Below, piece by piece: positions 38,151 through 49,758 of a DNA stretch of 61,547 nucleotides. Each line of letters opens with the position of its first letter. The stretch's first letter is position 1. The notes under the pieces are model-generated. The model was not told where the DNA came from and searched no databases. It saw nothing but the letters and a program-made list of their open reading frames with translations. A program made the position numbers and the translations under genes. Source of the DNA: Octopus bimaculoides (lineage: Eukaryota); assembly GCF_001194135.2 (NCBI RefSeq), contig NC_068996.1, positions 9,078,038 to 9,139,584 of the forward strand. The letters are read 5' to 3'.

Positions 38151-38235
38151 CATACCTGTCTGCACCATGTTTATTTCACCATAAAAACTCTTTATTATAG
38201 CAAGTATCAGATAAGCCAATTGAGTTTTTTTATTT

Positions 38236-38287
<52 letters not shown>

Positions 38288-38774
38288 NNNNNNNNNNNNN
38301 NNNNNNNNNNNNNNNNNNNNNNNNNNNNNNNNNNNNNNNNNNNNNNNNNNNNNNNNNNNNNNNNNNNNNNNNNNNNNNNNNNNNNNNNNNNNNNNNNNNN
38401 NNNNNNNNNNNNNNNNNNNNNNNNNNNNNNNNNNNNNNNNNNNNNNNNNNNNNNNNNNNNNNNNNNNNNNNNNNNNNNNNNNNNNNNNNNNNNNNNNNNN
38501 NNNNNNNNNNNNNNNNNNNNNNNNNNNNNNNNNNNNNNNNNNNNNNNNNNNNNNNNNNNNNNNNNNNNNNNNNNNNNNNNNNNNNNNNNNNNNNNNNNNN
38601 NNNNNNNNNNNNNNNNNNNNNNNNNNNNNNNNNNNNNNNNNNNNNNNNNNNNNNNNNNNNNNNNNNNNNNNNNNNNNNNNNNNNNNNNNNNNNNNNNNNN
38701 NNNNNNNNNNNNNNNNNNNNNNNNNNNNNNNNNNNNNNNNNNNNNNNNNNNNNNNNNNNNNNNNNNNNNNNNNN

Positions 38775-38842
<68 letters not shown>

Positions 38843-39409
38843 TAGCTATGTATGCAGACATTTGTATATTTCATTTAATTGTATGTACTTGTTCTTAGAT
38901 TTGTTTAAGACTGGATGACCCATGGTTTAACAAAGATATGATCATAAACACTGAAGCCATGTCTACACCTCTTTGTTCTTGTTGCTATTGTTTCTTAAGT
39001 CTGCTATATCAAGGTCGGCACTGATACAGCAGACCAATCTATGGTGGAAGCATTCCAGCTATGACCATCCAATCTTATTTTGTTGGGTAGTGCTGTATCT
39101 ATATAGCATATATACATTCCATCTTGCTTTCTTGAATAGTGTATTTAGGACTGTGTTATTTGGTGTGTCTTTCCCTTTTCATTTTTTTTCTTAAAGATAG
39201 TAGAATGTTATTTAAGAATTTAGCTGCTGTCTCTGGCAGGCTGAATGGCCACATGGTTTACTCATATATGTACTTTTGACACAGTAGGTGTTATTGGATT
39301 GTGTCAGGAAGATATTGTTTACAAACCAGAGAAGATGAGAGAAATATGAATTTTCTCACGCAAATCCTCACAGACAGACACATGTATTTACTTTATCTTT
39401 AGCTTATAT

Positions 39410-39812
39410 TTGTTTTCGTCGTTAGACTTGGCCATGCTGGGGTACTACCTTGAATTTCTTTTCTTTTATTTATTTATTCTTTTTTTTTGAAGCCTAGCAT
39501 TAATTGTGTTGGTTTCTTTTAGTTAAACTGCTAAGTTACAAGGACATAGAAACACTGGTTCTCAGATAGTGGTAGAGGACAAACACAGACACAAAAACAC
39601 ACACACGTGTCCATATGTGTATATATAGACACACACACACATATACAACGGGCTTCTTTCAGTTTCCATCAGCCAAATCCACTCACAAGGCTTCGGTTGG
39701 CCCGAGGCTATAGTGGAAGACACTTGCCCAAGGTGCCATGTAATGGGACTGAACCTGGAGTCATGTGGTTGGGAAGCAAGCTTCTTAACACACAGCCATG
39801 CCTGTGCCTATA
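39410..39812 (-). mobile_element. SINE family B
   Basis: Reverse-complement match. Confidence 0.85.
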
Positions 39813-40385
39813 TGCATATAAGACAATCTTCAGTGTCTGTCTACCAAATCACTTTTACAAGGCTTTAATCACCACCCACAGTGGTGGTACAAAATACTTG
39901 CCCAAGTTACCTCACAGTAGGACTTAACTCTAGACCATCAAAAGATTTTCTTTCAGTGTTTCAGCATCTTTAATTGTATATGTATGTTAAAATATGTTTA
40001 CGGGATACCAATAAGTCTCTTTTGAACAAAATATCTTAATAAATGTTTAGAAATGTTATAGTTAATTAAATTAATCCTAGTATTTGACTAGTACAGGTGC
40101 ATTGATTTTGTGGAACCTTTTACTGTGAAGCCTTTTTCAGATTATAAATTTTTTTCCAGGTTAGGGCTGTGTTATTTGGTCACCTTGGTCAATACATTCT
40201 AAATTAAACAAATATTGAATTTACTTATATACAGGGTACCTTGATGATGATAATGATGATGATGATGATGATTGAATTTACTTGAATTAAATGAAATACA
40301 GGTATCTTGTACATTAGCATAAATGATACAAGTTTATTAATTAATGTACTGTGTTAATCACTCGTCAATATATGGTGCCAATAAT

Positions 40386-40600
40386 GCTGTGAGCTGGCAG
40401 AAACGTTAGCACGCCGGGCGAAATGCTTAGTGGTATTTTGTCTGCTTTTACGTTCAGAGTTCAAATTCCGCCGAGGTCGACTTTGCTTTTCATCCTTTCG
40501 GGGGTCGATAAATTAAGTACCAGCTGTGTACTGGGATCGATTTAATCGATTGGCCCCACCTCCTCAAAAATTTCGGGCCTTGTGTCTAGAGTAGAAAAGA
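40386..40600 (+). mobile_element. SINE family A, young
   Basis: Near-identical to the 401-632 head and core. Confidence 0.9.
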
Positions 40601-40849
40601 ATACATGGTACCAATAAATTAATTTGGCAGCTGCAGGAATTTGAAGTTCTTGCTCATAAATTAATGAGGATTAAAGGAGGTTCTATCTATCAATGTTTGG
40701 TAAGTCAATGTACCTTTTGATTAATCCCACTCACACCTGTTTTTGAGAGTTGAGGATAGTCAATAACATTTCCCTTGTACTTGACTGGTACTTTATCAGC
40801 TCCAAAAGTACCAGTCAAGTGAAAGGCGAGGTTGACGTTGGCAGGATTT

Positions 40850-41110
40850 GAGTTCTGTGTGGTAAAAAAAGTTTGCTTCCTAACCATTTGTTTCTAGGTT
40901 CAGTCCTACTATGTGGAACCTTTGGTAAGTGCTTACTGTAAGCTTCGGGCCGAGTGGATCTGGTAGACAGAAACTAACAGAAGCTGTTCGTATATATGTG
41001 TATGTGTGTCTATGTCTGATAACCAGTGTTGGTATGTTTATGTCCCAGTAACTTAGTGGTCCAACATTAGAGACTGATAGAATAAGTACCAGACTTTAAA
41101 AAATAAGTAC
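40850..41110 (+). mobile_element. SINE family B (truncated)
   Basis: ggtaaaaaaagtttgcttcc..gactgatagaataagtacc. Confidence 0.75.
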
Positions 41111-41480
41111 TGGGTGACAACAAGCCTCCTCAGATCTCAAGAATCTTTCTTAAAATTCTTGCAGAATACCAGGATGCACTTTATTGCAGGTCGACAACGT
41201 GAGTTTCAATTCCAATATCCTTCAGCCTCTTGGGTAGAAGTTTTAGTGTTGTGCCAAGTGCACCAATTACCGCAAGGGTAATTGTCATCATGGTCTTCCC
41301 AATCTCTTCAATTCTCTGGCTAAGTCCTGATATTTCTCAATTTCTTTGGTATTGATTCTATTATCATAAGGTGTTGAAAAGTCTGTGTTCTTACACTGTT
41401 TGTATTTTATTTTTTCTATTCACTCTATAATCATGTGGTCTTACTTCTGTAATATGGTCGGTTTTTATAAAGAAGTCCCA
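41110..41480 (-). mobile_element. 3' fragment of an R4/Dong-type RLE LINE (restriction-like endonuclease relic)
   Basis: Minus frames: WDFFIKTDHITEVRP, KEIEKYQDLARELKRL, IGALGTTLKLLPKRLKDIGI..ARILRKILEI*; abuts a (TAA)n array. Confidence 0.85.
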
Positions 41481-41500
41481 TTATTATTATTATTATTATT

Positions 41501-42040
41501 GAGTGAGAGAGTAGAGCATGCCATCAAAGTGACACTGAGGTAAAATATACGAAGCCCAATATACCCATCAAGACTAACCATCTGATAAGGGTACACCGGG
41601 CACATGCATCACAACCATATGTGTGCGACATGGTGATCTCATATTAAGATAAACACGCATGACCTTGCAGATGGAGCCCAGTTAGAATTTTCTTCAGATC
41701 GAGTAGCCCACTCAAAAGGTCCCTGAATAAGGGTTGTTTAAGGTTGCTGAACATCCATGCCTCCAGAGGTGAATTATCCAAACCCCAAAGAATCCCTCTC
41801 GACACATGATTATGATGCTCCCCCACTACTTCTGCTCATGATCAGAGATGCACACAGCCACCAAGGGACATGCTTAACTGGTTATGGTCAAGCAACTGAC
41901 AGGTAAATCTGTGATATTGAGCAGAGTATTTGCTGTAGCCCATCTTTTTATACCAAGACAAAACAATGTACATGATAACACTTCCAATCAATTAAGATCA
42001 CAAGCCATGAGAGCCACTACTTAGTTTTGCATCAGGGCAT
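41501..42040 (-). mobile_element. non-coding (TAA)n-tailed octopus retroposon of about 540 bp
   Basis: atgccctgatgc... to ...ctctcactc followed by (AAT)n on the minus strand; recalled as an abundant octopus repeat. Confidence 0.65.
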
Positions 42041-42504
42041 ATTTTATCAAATTGCTGGCTTCGTGCCAAAATTAGAATGAATTATGATTATCATTATTGA
42101 AAGGTTTGCACAGATGTGTTACATTTCGAATCAATATCCTTAATATTGCTTCAAAATTGGTTTTCTTAGGTATCAAAAACCTTTCAAACAATTCTTGCTT
42201 CTCCTAATAGAACAGATTTCTGTTTTTATGGGATTCTCTTTGTTACACTGATCTCAATAAGGAAACTATCATGTCTGTTAGCCATGGTACCCAGGGTGCT
42301 GTTGCCAACAGATTACTTTTGCAGAAACCCCACGACAATTTCCACATTTCCCAAGCCAAGTCCTGGTATTTTTCTTATTTTCTTGTATTCTTTAACTGTA
42401 TTCTTTGTATTCTTTGACAATCATATCAGCACACACAGCTACATCTATGATAATACTTTCTTTTGACACCTTGTCCAGAATGGTGATGATGGTAATAATA
42501 ATAA

Positions 42505-43140
42505 TAATCCGTTCTACAACAGGCGCAAGACCTGAAATTTAGGGAGAAATTAGGGCTAGTTGATTAAATCATCCCCACTGCTCAAATGGTACTTATTCTA
42601 TTGAACCCAGAAGGATGAAAGGCAAAATCAGCCTTGATGGCATTTGAACTCAGAATGTGAAGCATGCTAATGGTTTTGCCAGCTTGCTACTTTGATAATA
42701 ATAATAATAATGATGATGATTTCAAATTTTGGCACAAGGCCAGCAATTTCAGGAAAGTGGGTTAATTGATTACATCGACTCCAATTCTTGACTGCTACTT
42801 ATTTTATCGACCCTGAAGGGATGAAAGACAAAGTCGACCATGGCAGAATTTGAACTCAGAAAGTGAAGACAGACAAAATGTCATTAAGCATTTTGTCTGG
42901 CATGCTAACGATTCTGCCAGCTCACCACCTTAATAATAACAACAATAATAATAATAATGATAATAATAATAATAATGATGATGATGATCTTTTCTGCTAT
43001 AGACACAAGGCCTGAAATTTATGGAGAGGGAGATAGTTGATTAGATCAACCCCAGTACTTAACTGGTACTTATTTTATTGACCCTGAAAGGATGAAAGGC
43101 AAAAGTCAAACCTTGACAGAAATTGAATGCAGACTGTAAA
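42505..43140 (-). mobile_element. three head-to-tail SINE family A copies separated by (TAA/TGA)n
   Basis: Each begins cacaaggc/gcaagacc and carries aaaggcaaag..gaactcagaa. Confidence 0.85.
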
Positions 43141-43165
43141 GACATTCCTCATCAGCTTTTTCCAG

Positions 43166-43221
43166 TTTCATTTGAAAAGGAATGTGTGGTTGGAGGAGGA
43201 GGAGTCGCTGTCCTCAAGTGA
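43166..43221 (+). CDS. weak candidate exon (phase 1 xSFEKECVVGGGGVAVLK*; phase 0 FHLKRNVWLEEEESLSSSERCKNGKSR*)
   Basis: Acceptor ctttttccag in a non-repeat island; frame ambiguous. Confidence 0.25.
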
Positions 43222-43555
43222 AAGATGCAAGAATGGCAAGAGCAGATGACTCTGCTTTAAGTATAGACCTGTGAATTGGAGAAAACACTTACCCTTGGTG
43301 TTCAGACAGATCTCGGATGGTGGGGTTCTACGATTGTCCCTAGAGGTCCTCCTGTATTGGGAGAATCAAATCAGTTCATCCTTTTTTTGTTTTTTGTAAC
43401 TGGTGTATATTTTCTTTCTTTGTTTTATTGTACATCGTGTATACTTTCTATTTCCTGTTTTTTTTATATCATTTCATTGTATGTAAATCCTCACATTTTA
43501 TGTTAGTCATTGTATTGTCCCCCTCATCTGTTGAAAGAAATCATCATCGTCATCA

Positions 43556-43595
<40 letters not shown>

Positions 43596-44382
43596 CATTA
43601 TCATCATCATCATCATCGTGATATCATAGAAATAAAAAGCTGTTGTTAACAAGATGATTTGACCTTGCTATATATTTTATGGACCATCGAGGCCTGAAAG
43701 CAAAGTTAATCTTGGTGAAATTCCAACAGAGAAATATCCATGCTAGCAAACTAACAATTATGTAAAATGGCTGGTTTTTATTTTACAATAGTTGTAAACT
43801 TGATAAAACACGAGAACTGGTACAAAAGAAAGGAAAATAAAATAAGTACTATATGACAATCATAATATTGGAGATTTCATGAACCTCAAAAAATATTTTA
43901 ACACTATCAAATTATATGGAATAGTAAAACAATTAGAATTTCCTGGTGGAAATCCAGAAACTATAATAGCATTATGCAAAATATCTTTGATAAAATGTTT
44001 CACAATTTAACAAAAAGAAAAAATAAATCAGAAAATTTTTAGCGTAATTATGCACCAGATAAAAGCAAGGTAACACATTTTTGTCCCAAAGATTATCCAA
44101 GACTTGGAATGTAGAAAAATATAGTAAAAATAATTGCAAGATGATGTAATACAAGAATATTGGATAGCCTTCACCATTCAAATTTAACAGCATGAGTATC
44201 AACATCTGCTAAGTTCCCTTGTAAGGTTCAAGATTGGACCTATCACATACACACACACACATCTCTATGTATGCAAACATTTGTATCTGATGCTGTAATG
44301 ATTGTGTCAAATTACCACCTGAAATTTATTTATAAATTTGCTTGTTTTTTTTTTTTTTTTTCCTATTCTGGTTTTATGGAAG

Positions 44383-44465
44383 TTAGCAGTTGGCCATCCA
44401 AGCAAGTTTTGCTTTTCTATGCCACTGATGATGTCCAAGAGAAAAGCAAAACCAATACTGTTTGA
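44383..44465 (+). CDS. weak candidate phase-1 terminal exon (xSSWPSKQVLLFYATDDVQEKSKTNTV*)
   Basis: First AG after a poly-T tract; phase-0 frame is also long. Confidence 0.3.
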
Positions 44466-44874
44466 TGAATTGGTTTATCCATTTATCAAACTTAAAATCA
44501 ATAATAATCAGCACTTAACCATCATCATTTAACATCCATTTTCCATGCTGACATGGACTGGCACTTGGCCAGCAATTTCACTGAGCAAGTTTAATCAATT
44601 CTATTGGGTCCAGTACTTGACTGGTACTGGTTTATTATTTATAAATACCACAAAACATTTTGTCTAGTTCTCTAAAAATATTGCCAATCCATCACCTTCA
44701 ACTTTATCTTGTTGACTTTCAGATGGATCAAAGACTAAATTTCATTCTATATGCTATTATAGGTTTACAGGATCAAAGTTGATCTAGGACTACATGTCAG
44801 CCTCACCTGTCTGGGAGACTCTGATCAGGCACAGGCTCAAACTCCCTTCCATTAGCTAAATAAGTCTTTTATAT

Positions 44875-45262
44875 CCTTTGTTTCAGTCTTTGGGTGTGGC
44901 CATGCTAGAACACCGCCTTCAAGGATTTAGTTGAACAAATCAATTGCAGTAATTTTTTATTTTTATTTTTAAATTCTGGTACTTATTCTGTTCATCTGTT
45001 TACAGTACAGAGATGTAAACAAACCAACACTGGTTGCCAAGCGATGGTACAAGATAAATTACAAGCACAGAGACAGACAGATACACACACACACACACAC
45101 ACATATACAACAGGATTCTTTTAGCTTCTGTCTACTAAATCCACTCAAAGCTTTGGTCAACCCAGGACAATGGTAGAAGACACTTATCCAAGGTGTTGTA
45201 CAGCAGGACTGAACCCAAAACCATGTGGTTGGGAAGCAAACTTCTTAACCACACAGCCACAC
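44875..45262 (-). mobile_element. SINE family B
   Basis: Reverse-complement match. Confidence 0.85.
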
Positions 45263-46448
45263 CTGTGGTACTAGTGATGGTGGTGGTGGTGGTGGTGGTG
45301 GTGGTTGTGTTGGTAGTAGCACTAATAGAAGCGTTGGTGACGTTAATAGGGGTGGTTGTTGTTGTTATTGTTGCAAATATGATAGGGTTTGAACCTATGG
45401 CCATCTAGTCATTGGGTGCAGCACTTTACTCACTGATAAAAGCATAGTTTTGATATCTGAGAAAACAAACACACTGCAATACACTATCAATGCCACACCT
45501 CCCTCTCTACACCGTACTCATTCTGCACCCAACCAACTAATACAATAAGTATTTTCTTTGATTCAATAACCAATACTTACTTTAGCTATCTGCTTTAAGC
45601 TCTGCTATCATCATCTAACTAACTAACAATCCCGAGTCTTCAGCTATTATGAACTGACAACAGAAAGTATGAGCAGGCCTTTGTAATCTGACACTGATAT
45701 GACAATGAATGGAAGATTATCTAATTAAGATAAAGGAGCGGAGTGATTCTATTTGTCCAAGAACAGCACAGTACTAATAACCCAATGACTGGTACTGTGG
45801 TACCGCCTGGAACGAAGCAGTATTTGATGATAAAAGCTGCATAAAACAATATAACTGAGTTTGACATGAGAAATTCAACACTTGAAATCTAGATGATTAA
45901 TTTTTGGATCCATTTAGTATATTAACTTCGTTCCGAAGACCTGCCTGTGTATACATTCTAGTGCGTGTATGCGCGTGAAAATAAAGACATGCCCATATAT
46001 GAATGTAAACACAGACACATGTATACGAATGCAGTCACACACAATTACATATTGTTTTTCATTCATTTTTTTTTAATGTAGAAAAAAAAGAAAAGGAGAA
46101 AACATAAAAGTGCTCAACACCTTGTTTTTGAAAGGTATAGAGCAGGGATGGGCAACTGTTCTCAAATGGGGGCCTGCATTGTATCATTTTCAAGTGGGAG
46201 AGGGCCACATGATAAAACACATATGCATGAAATATTAATTGCCCACTTTACACTGAATTTTTTGCAGTTCTTAATTGTATTAGTCTTAGTATAAAAATTT
46301 ACATTAAGCTGGCATCTCTTTCATTATTTCCTAATCATAATAATGATGATTACTAGTGTAAATGAATTATAATTTAAAATATTGAGGTAAAAAAAGAAAA
46401 AGAAAATTCATTGATATTTTATTAAAGAACAGATATCATTCTCTATAG

Positions 46449-47174
46449 GGCTTTCCTATAAGGTGTTATCCACCCCTGATTGGAACTCTCCCGTATGACA
46501 TGTACGCATGCTCAGTGACTTGCTTTAACAGTTGCAATCAGCTGAATGCACATTGCCAGTGACATTTGACATAATTACCCACACTCTGTGGTCAGGATTC
46601 TTTTTTTGGTTTGATGTCGGTATCGAAGGGATTACCAGACACCGGAAAATACAGTGAGAGCAGCTTTCACTCACATCGTGGTATTCGATGCTGTGTACGT
46701 GTCTGTCGTGGTAAAATATGCCACTCCTTAACTGTTGCTTTGCTTTCATCCGTAGCACGAGGTAATTATGTCATTATCTGTGAAATTCGGCAACTTACAA
46801 AGATCTTTAGATCAGGCAATACTTCACCGAGAGGAGATATAAGCTTCTGCTTATTCCTGTCTGAAGTATCGTCCGATACTTCAGACTTATCGTCCGATGA
46901 ATTTACTTTGTTGACATTCTTCATCAACAGAATTTTTATTCCTTTCAACCTTTCAGTCAAGTCCGCCTTTCTTCCAGTAACACACTGTCCATATAATCTT
47001 AAATATTTCTTTAACTCAGGCACAGTAAGTACTTCGATAGCTGAATCATCAAGCTGCTTTATATCCATGATAAGACGTAAAACAATAACAATGGCGTGGG
47101 TTAGCCTCCGGAAGTTTAATTATCTACATGGAGCGCCGCCTAGCCAAGGGAGATAACCTACTTATAGGAAAGCC
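46449..47174 (-). mobile_element. internally deleted ISL2EU/PHIS-like DNA transposon
   Basis: TIRs of about 22 bp ggctttcctataag..ttatc / gataac..cttataggaaagcc; flanks ag / at; carries a SAP-domain ORF relic. Confidence 0.7.
46525..47068 (-). pseudogene. frameshifted SAP-domain protein with start of a SWIM-type zinc finger (transposon accessory ORF, YqaJ-type inferred)
   Basis: LTVPELKKYLRLYGQCVTGRKADLTERL (SAP); LPNFTDNDI in a shifted frame; VWVIMSNVTGNVHSADCNC truncated at CxC. Confidence 0.7.
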
Positions 47175-47570
47175 ATCAATGAGTTTTTTTACACATTCAC
47201 ATTCTTTACTATATTTTCAATATTAGGTAGAAATTTAGATGTCGCTACTCTTAGGTTATGCTGCAAATTAGTAGCCTAGAAACTTGTCGAGGGCCACACA
47301 TCATGTCAAGGGCCACATGCAGCCCACAGGTTGCCCATGCATGGTATAGAGTATCATATATGATGAGGAGATATATAAACATTGAACATAAATAGAATTA
47401 TGCTTCCTGAACCATTCAGTTAGTTTTTGGTCAACTATATATATACCAATATGGTTTATGGTAATGTTCATGTATAGTGCATGTTTGATGTGTGGTGTAT
47501 GGCAGTGCTGGTGTGTGATGTATGGCTGTGCATGGCAATTCTGCTTCCAGTAATTATAATTATCAAACAG

Positions 47571-47796
47571 CTGTCTCTTTTGTAAGAAATATACAATTTA
47601 GCTGCCACTACCTTGTAGTATTTCTCACTTGCCCAAAAGACATCCTCCTTTTGGTTCCGTTAGCCTGTATTCCTTTTCCTACATTTTGCTTCCAGACACT
47701 TTTACTATAGACTGCTCCCGTAGGTTTTCCTTTTCACACACACACACACACACACACTTGCACATATACAAGCACATGTGTGTAACACGCACATGA
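47571..47796 (+). CDS. two overlapping candidate phase-1 terminal exons (47571-47710 xVSFVRNIQFS...QTLLL*; 47696-47796 xTFTIDCSRRFSFS...)
   Basis: Acceptors atcaaacag and ttttgcttccag; phase 1 is longest in both cases. Confidence 0.3.
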
Positions 47797-48454
47797 CCAA
47801 CAGCAATTTAACTAAGAAATTGGCCAACTTGAAATCAACATTTTTCCTTCCTGTACTCCAGCATAATAAAGTGTATTAACTAGACAGAATACCGAGCTCA
47901 ATGGAGAGCAAGAGAGCAGTGTGTCACCTCATAGAGAAAATAACACATAATTGAGATGAATAAGAACAACACATAATATCTGTCTGTGTTGGTAGGGACA
48001 AAATAACAGTCTAAAATGTTGATTCCTTAGACAGCAACACAGTTTGAAGTACATTCTTAAAACCTTTCTCTTCATACATATCACTGATATGCCCTTTGGA
48101 AAATCATGAATGCCACACATTCTCACTTCCCACTCATTATATACACAGTTTCATAGAATAGAGAGCAACAATTAGTACATCCTTTTTTCTGAAAAAAAAA
48201 ACAAAACAAACAAGGTGCAGGTGTGGCTGTGTCGTAAGAAGCTTGCTTCCTAACCACATGGTTCTGGGTTCAGTCCCACTGCCTGGCACCTTGGGCAAGT
48301 ATCTTCTACTCTAACCTCAGGCTGATCAAAGCCTTGTGAGTGGATTTGGTTGACGAAAACTGAAAGAAGTCCATTGTATATATATATATATATTATCACT
48401 TCATACTAAAACTCTCCGCCTATGGATATAATAATCGATTCCTTTACTATTTCT

Positions 48455-48503
48455 GTCTCTGATGAAGGGAAGTACTGGATCTTCCCAGAAACAGCTGTAA
48501 GAC
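48455..48503 (+). ncRNA. minimal type I hammerhead motif (Penelope-like)
   Basis: gtct-CTGATGA-a-gggaag tactggat cttccc-a-GAAA-cagct-GTA-agac; A-A mismatch at the base of stem II. Confidence 0.65.
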
Positions 48504-48589
48504 TCTATCCATAAAATATATTTTTCCAACCTTACCATTGCTCTCTTTATCCTTTATATATTTATATATATATATATTATATATATACA

Positions 48590-49445
48590 CAGGGTGCAAT
48601 GAATAACTCATCTAAATTACGCAAAAATCGAAATAACACTGTCATCTCATTTTAACAGATATATTTACCAAAGTTACATAGAAATATCTTGAAATACTAA
48701 AGAGTAAACTTATTCGATAAAATTGCCATTGGCTTCAACCACCGCCTCCAGATGACTCTGGAATCTCCTGCAGCTCTTCTGGATGGTCTCCTTGTTTAAG
48801 TTGGTGAATGCTGCCATAATCCTTGCCTTCAATTCGTCTTTGGTGTTACAAGCAGTTTTCTTGGTCTCTTGTTCAACTGCGCCCTACACATAATAATCAA
48901 GGCCAGATTAGGGGTGATGTGCTCACAGAAATTTTCTGACAGCCATAACTGGGTTCTCCTACATGTGTGGCATGGTGCAGAGTCCTTTTGGCAGACATAG
49001 GGTCTTCCAGCAGCCACCCTCTTGACCCAGAGCAGCACTACCTCCTCCAAGCACTTGATTTAGGCTTCCGTGTTGAGTCTGAGGCCGTGTGGGAAGATGA
49101 ATGGAGGCATAATGTCACCATCACTAGTGATCACTCCAAACACCATGATGTTGACTGGATGTTTGATCTTTATCACTCTTGGTATATGTCCTCAAATTGC
49201 ACTGTACTCAGAGTGACACCCAAATACTCTGAAATGTTCACATTAGGGCTTCTGATGTAAATGCAGATCAGTACAGCATGTCATTTCCAAATTTCTGGCT
49301 GAGTGAATTGCATCATGGTGCTGTTTTACTCGGACGGCACCCAACTGACCCTTCTATACTATATAGTGGACAAAATCAAAAACAAACGATGCGTATGCGC
49401 AAAATTAAAAATATAAAATGGTGACAATTTACCCGTTGCACCCTG
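48590..49445 (-). mobile_element. internally deleted ITmD37D/maT-type element; transposase C-terminal relic about 48710-49180
   Basis: TIR cagggtgcaa / ttgcaccctg; KHPVNIMVFGVITSDGDIMPPFIF..QKDSAPCHT..DYYV..RRFQSHLEAVVEANGNFIE*. Confidence 0.9.
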
Positions 49446-49758
49446 TATATGTATATAGTTGTGCGTGTGTGTCTTTGTGTCTGTTTGTCCCCCTATCACC
49501 ACTTGACCACTGGTGTTCGTGTGTTTACATCCCTGTATCTTAGCAGTTCAGCAAAAGAGACCAATACAATAAGTACTAGGCTTAAAAAAGAAAGCCCTGG
49601 GGTCAGTTAATTCAACTAAAGCCCTTTGAGACAGTGCTCTAGCATGGCCACAATTAAAACAACTGAAGCAAATGAAATACCAAAGAGATGTGTACATGTC
49701 ACATAGACAAATTTACAATAAGTATTCTTTGTTTTTGTTCCTCCTCTATTTTCTCAAG

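Larger units (their letters stand above)
46143..47343. mobile_element. non-autonomous hAT element carrying a nested insertion
   Basis: TIR cagggatgggcaac / gttgcccatgcatg; perfect 8-bp TSD GTATAGAG at 46135-46142 and 47344-47351. Confidence 0.9.
48213..49680 (+). mobile_element. SINE family B split at its (TA)n linker by a hammerhead fragment and a DD37D element
   Basis: 5' half 48213-48390, 3' half about 49455-49680. Confidence 0.8.

Noticed and set aside
39000-39063. Apparent phase-1 exon xCYIKVGTDTADQSMVEAFQL*
   Set aside because: Sequence resembles a dispersed repeat (gcattccagctatgacc; related to 13440-13570), so not counted as independent evidence
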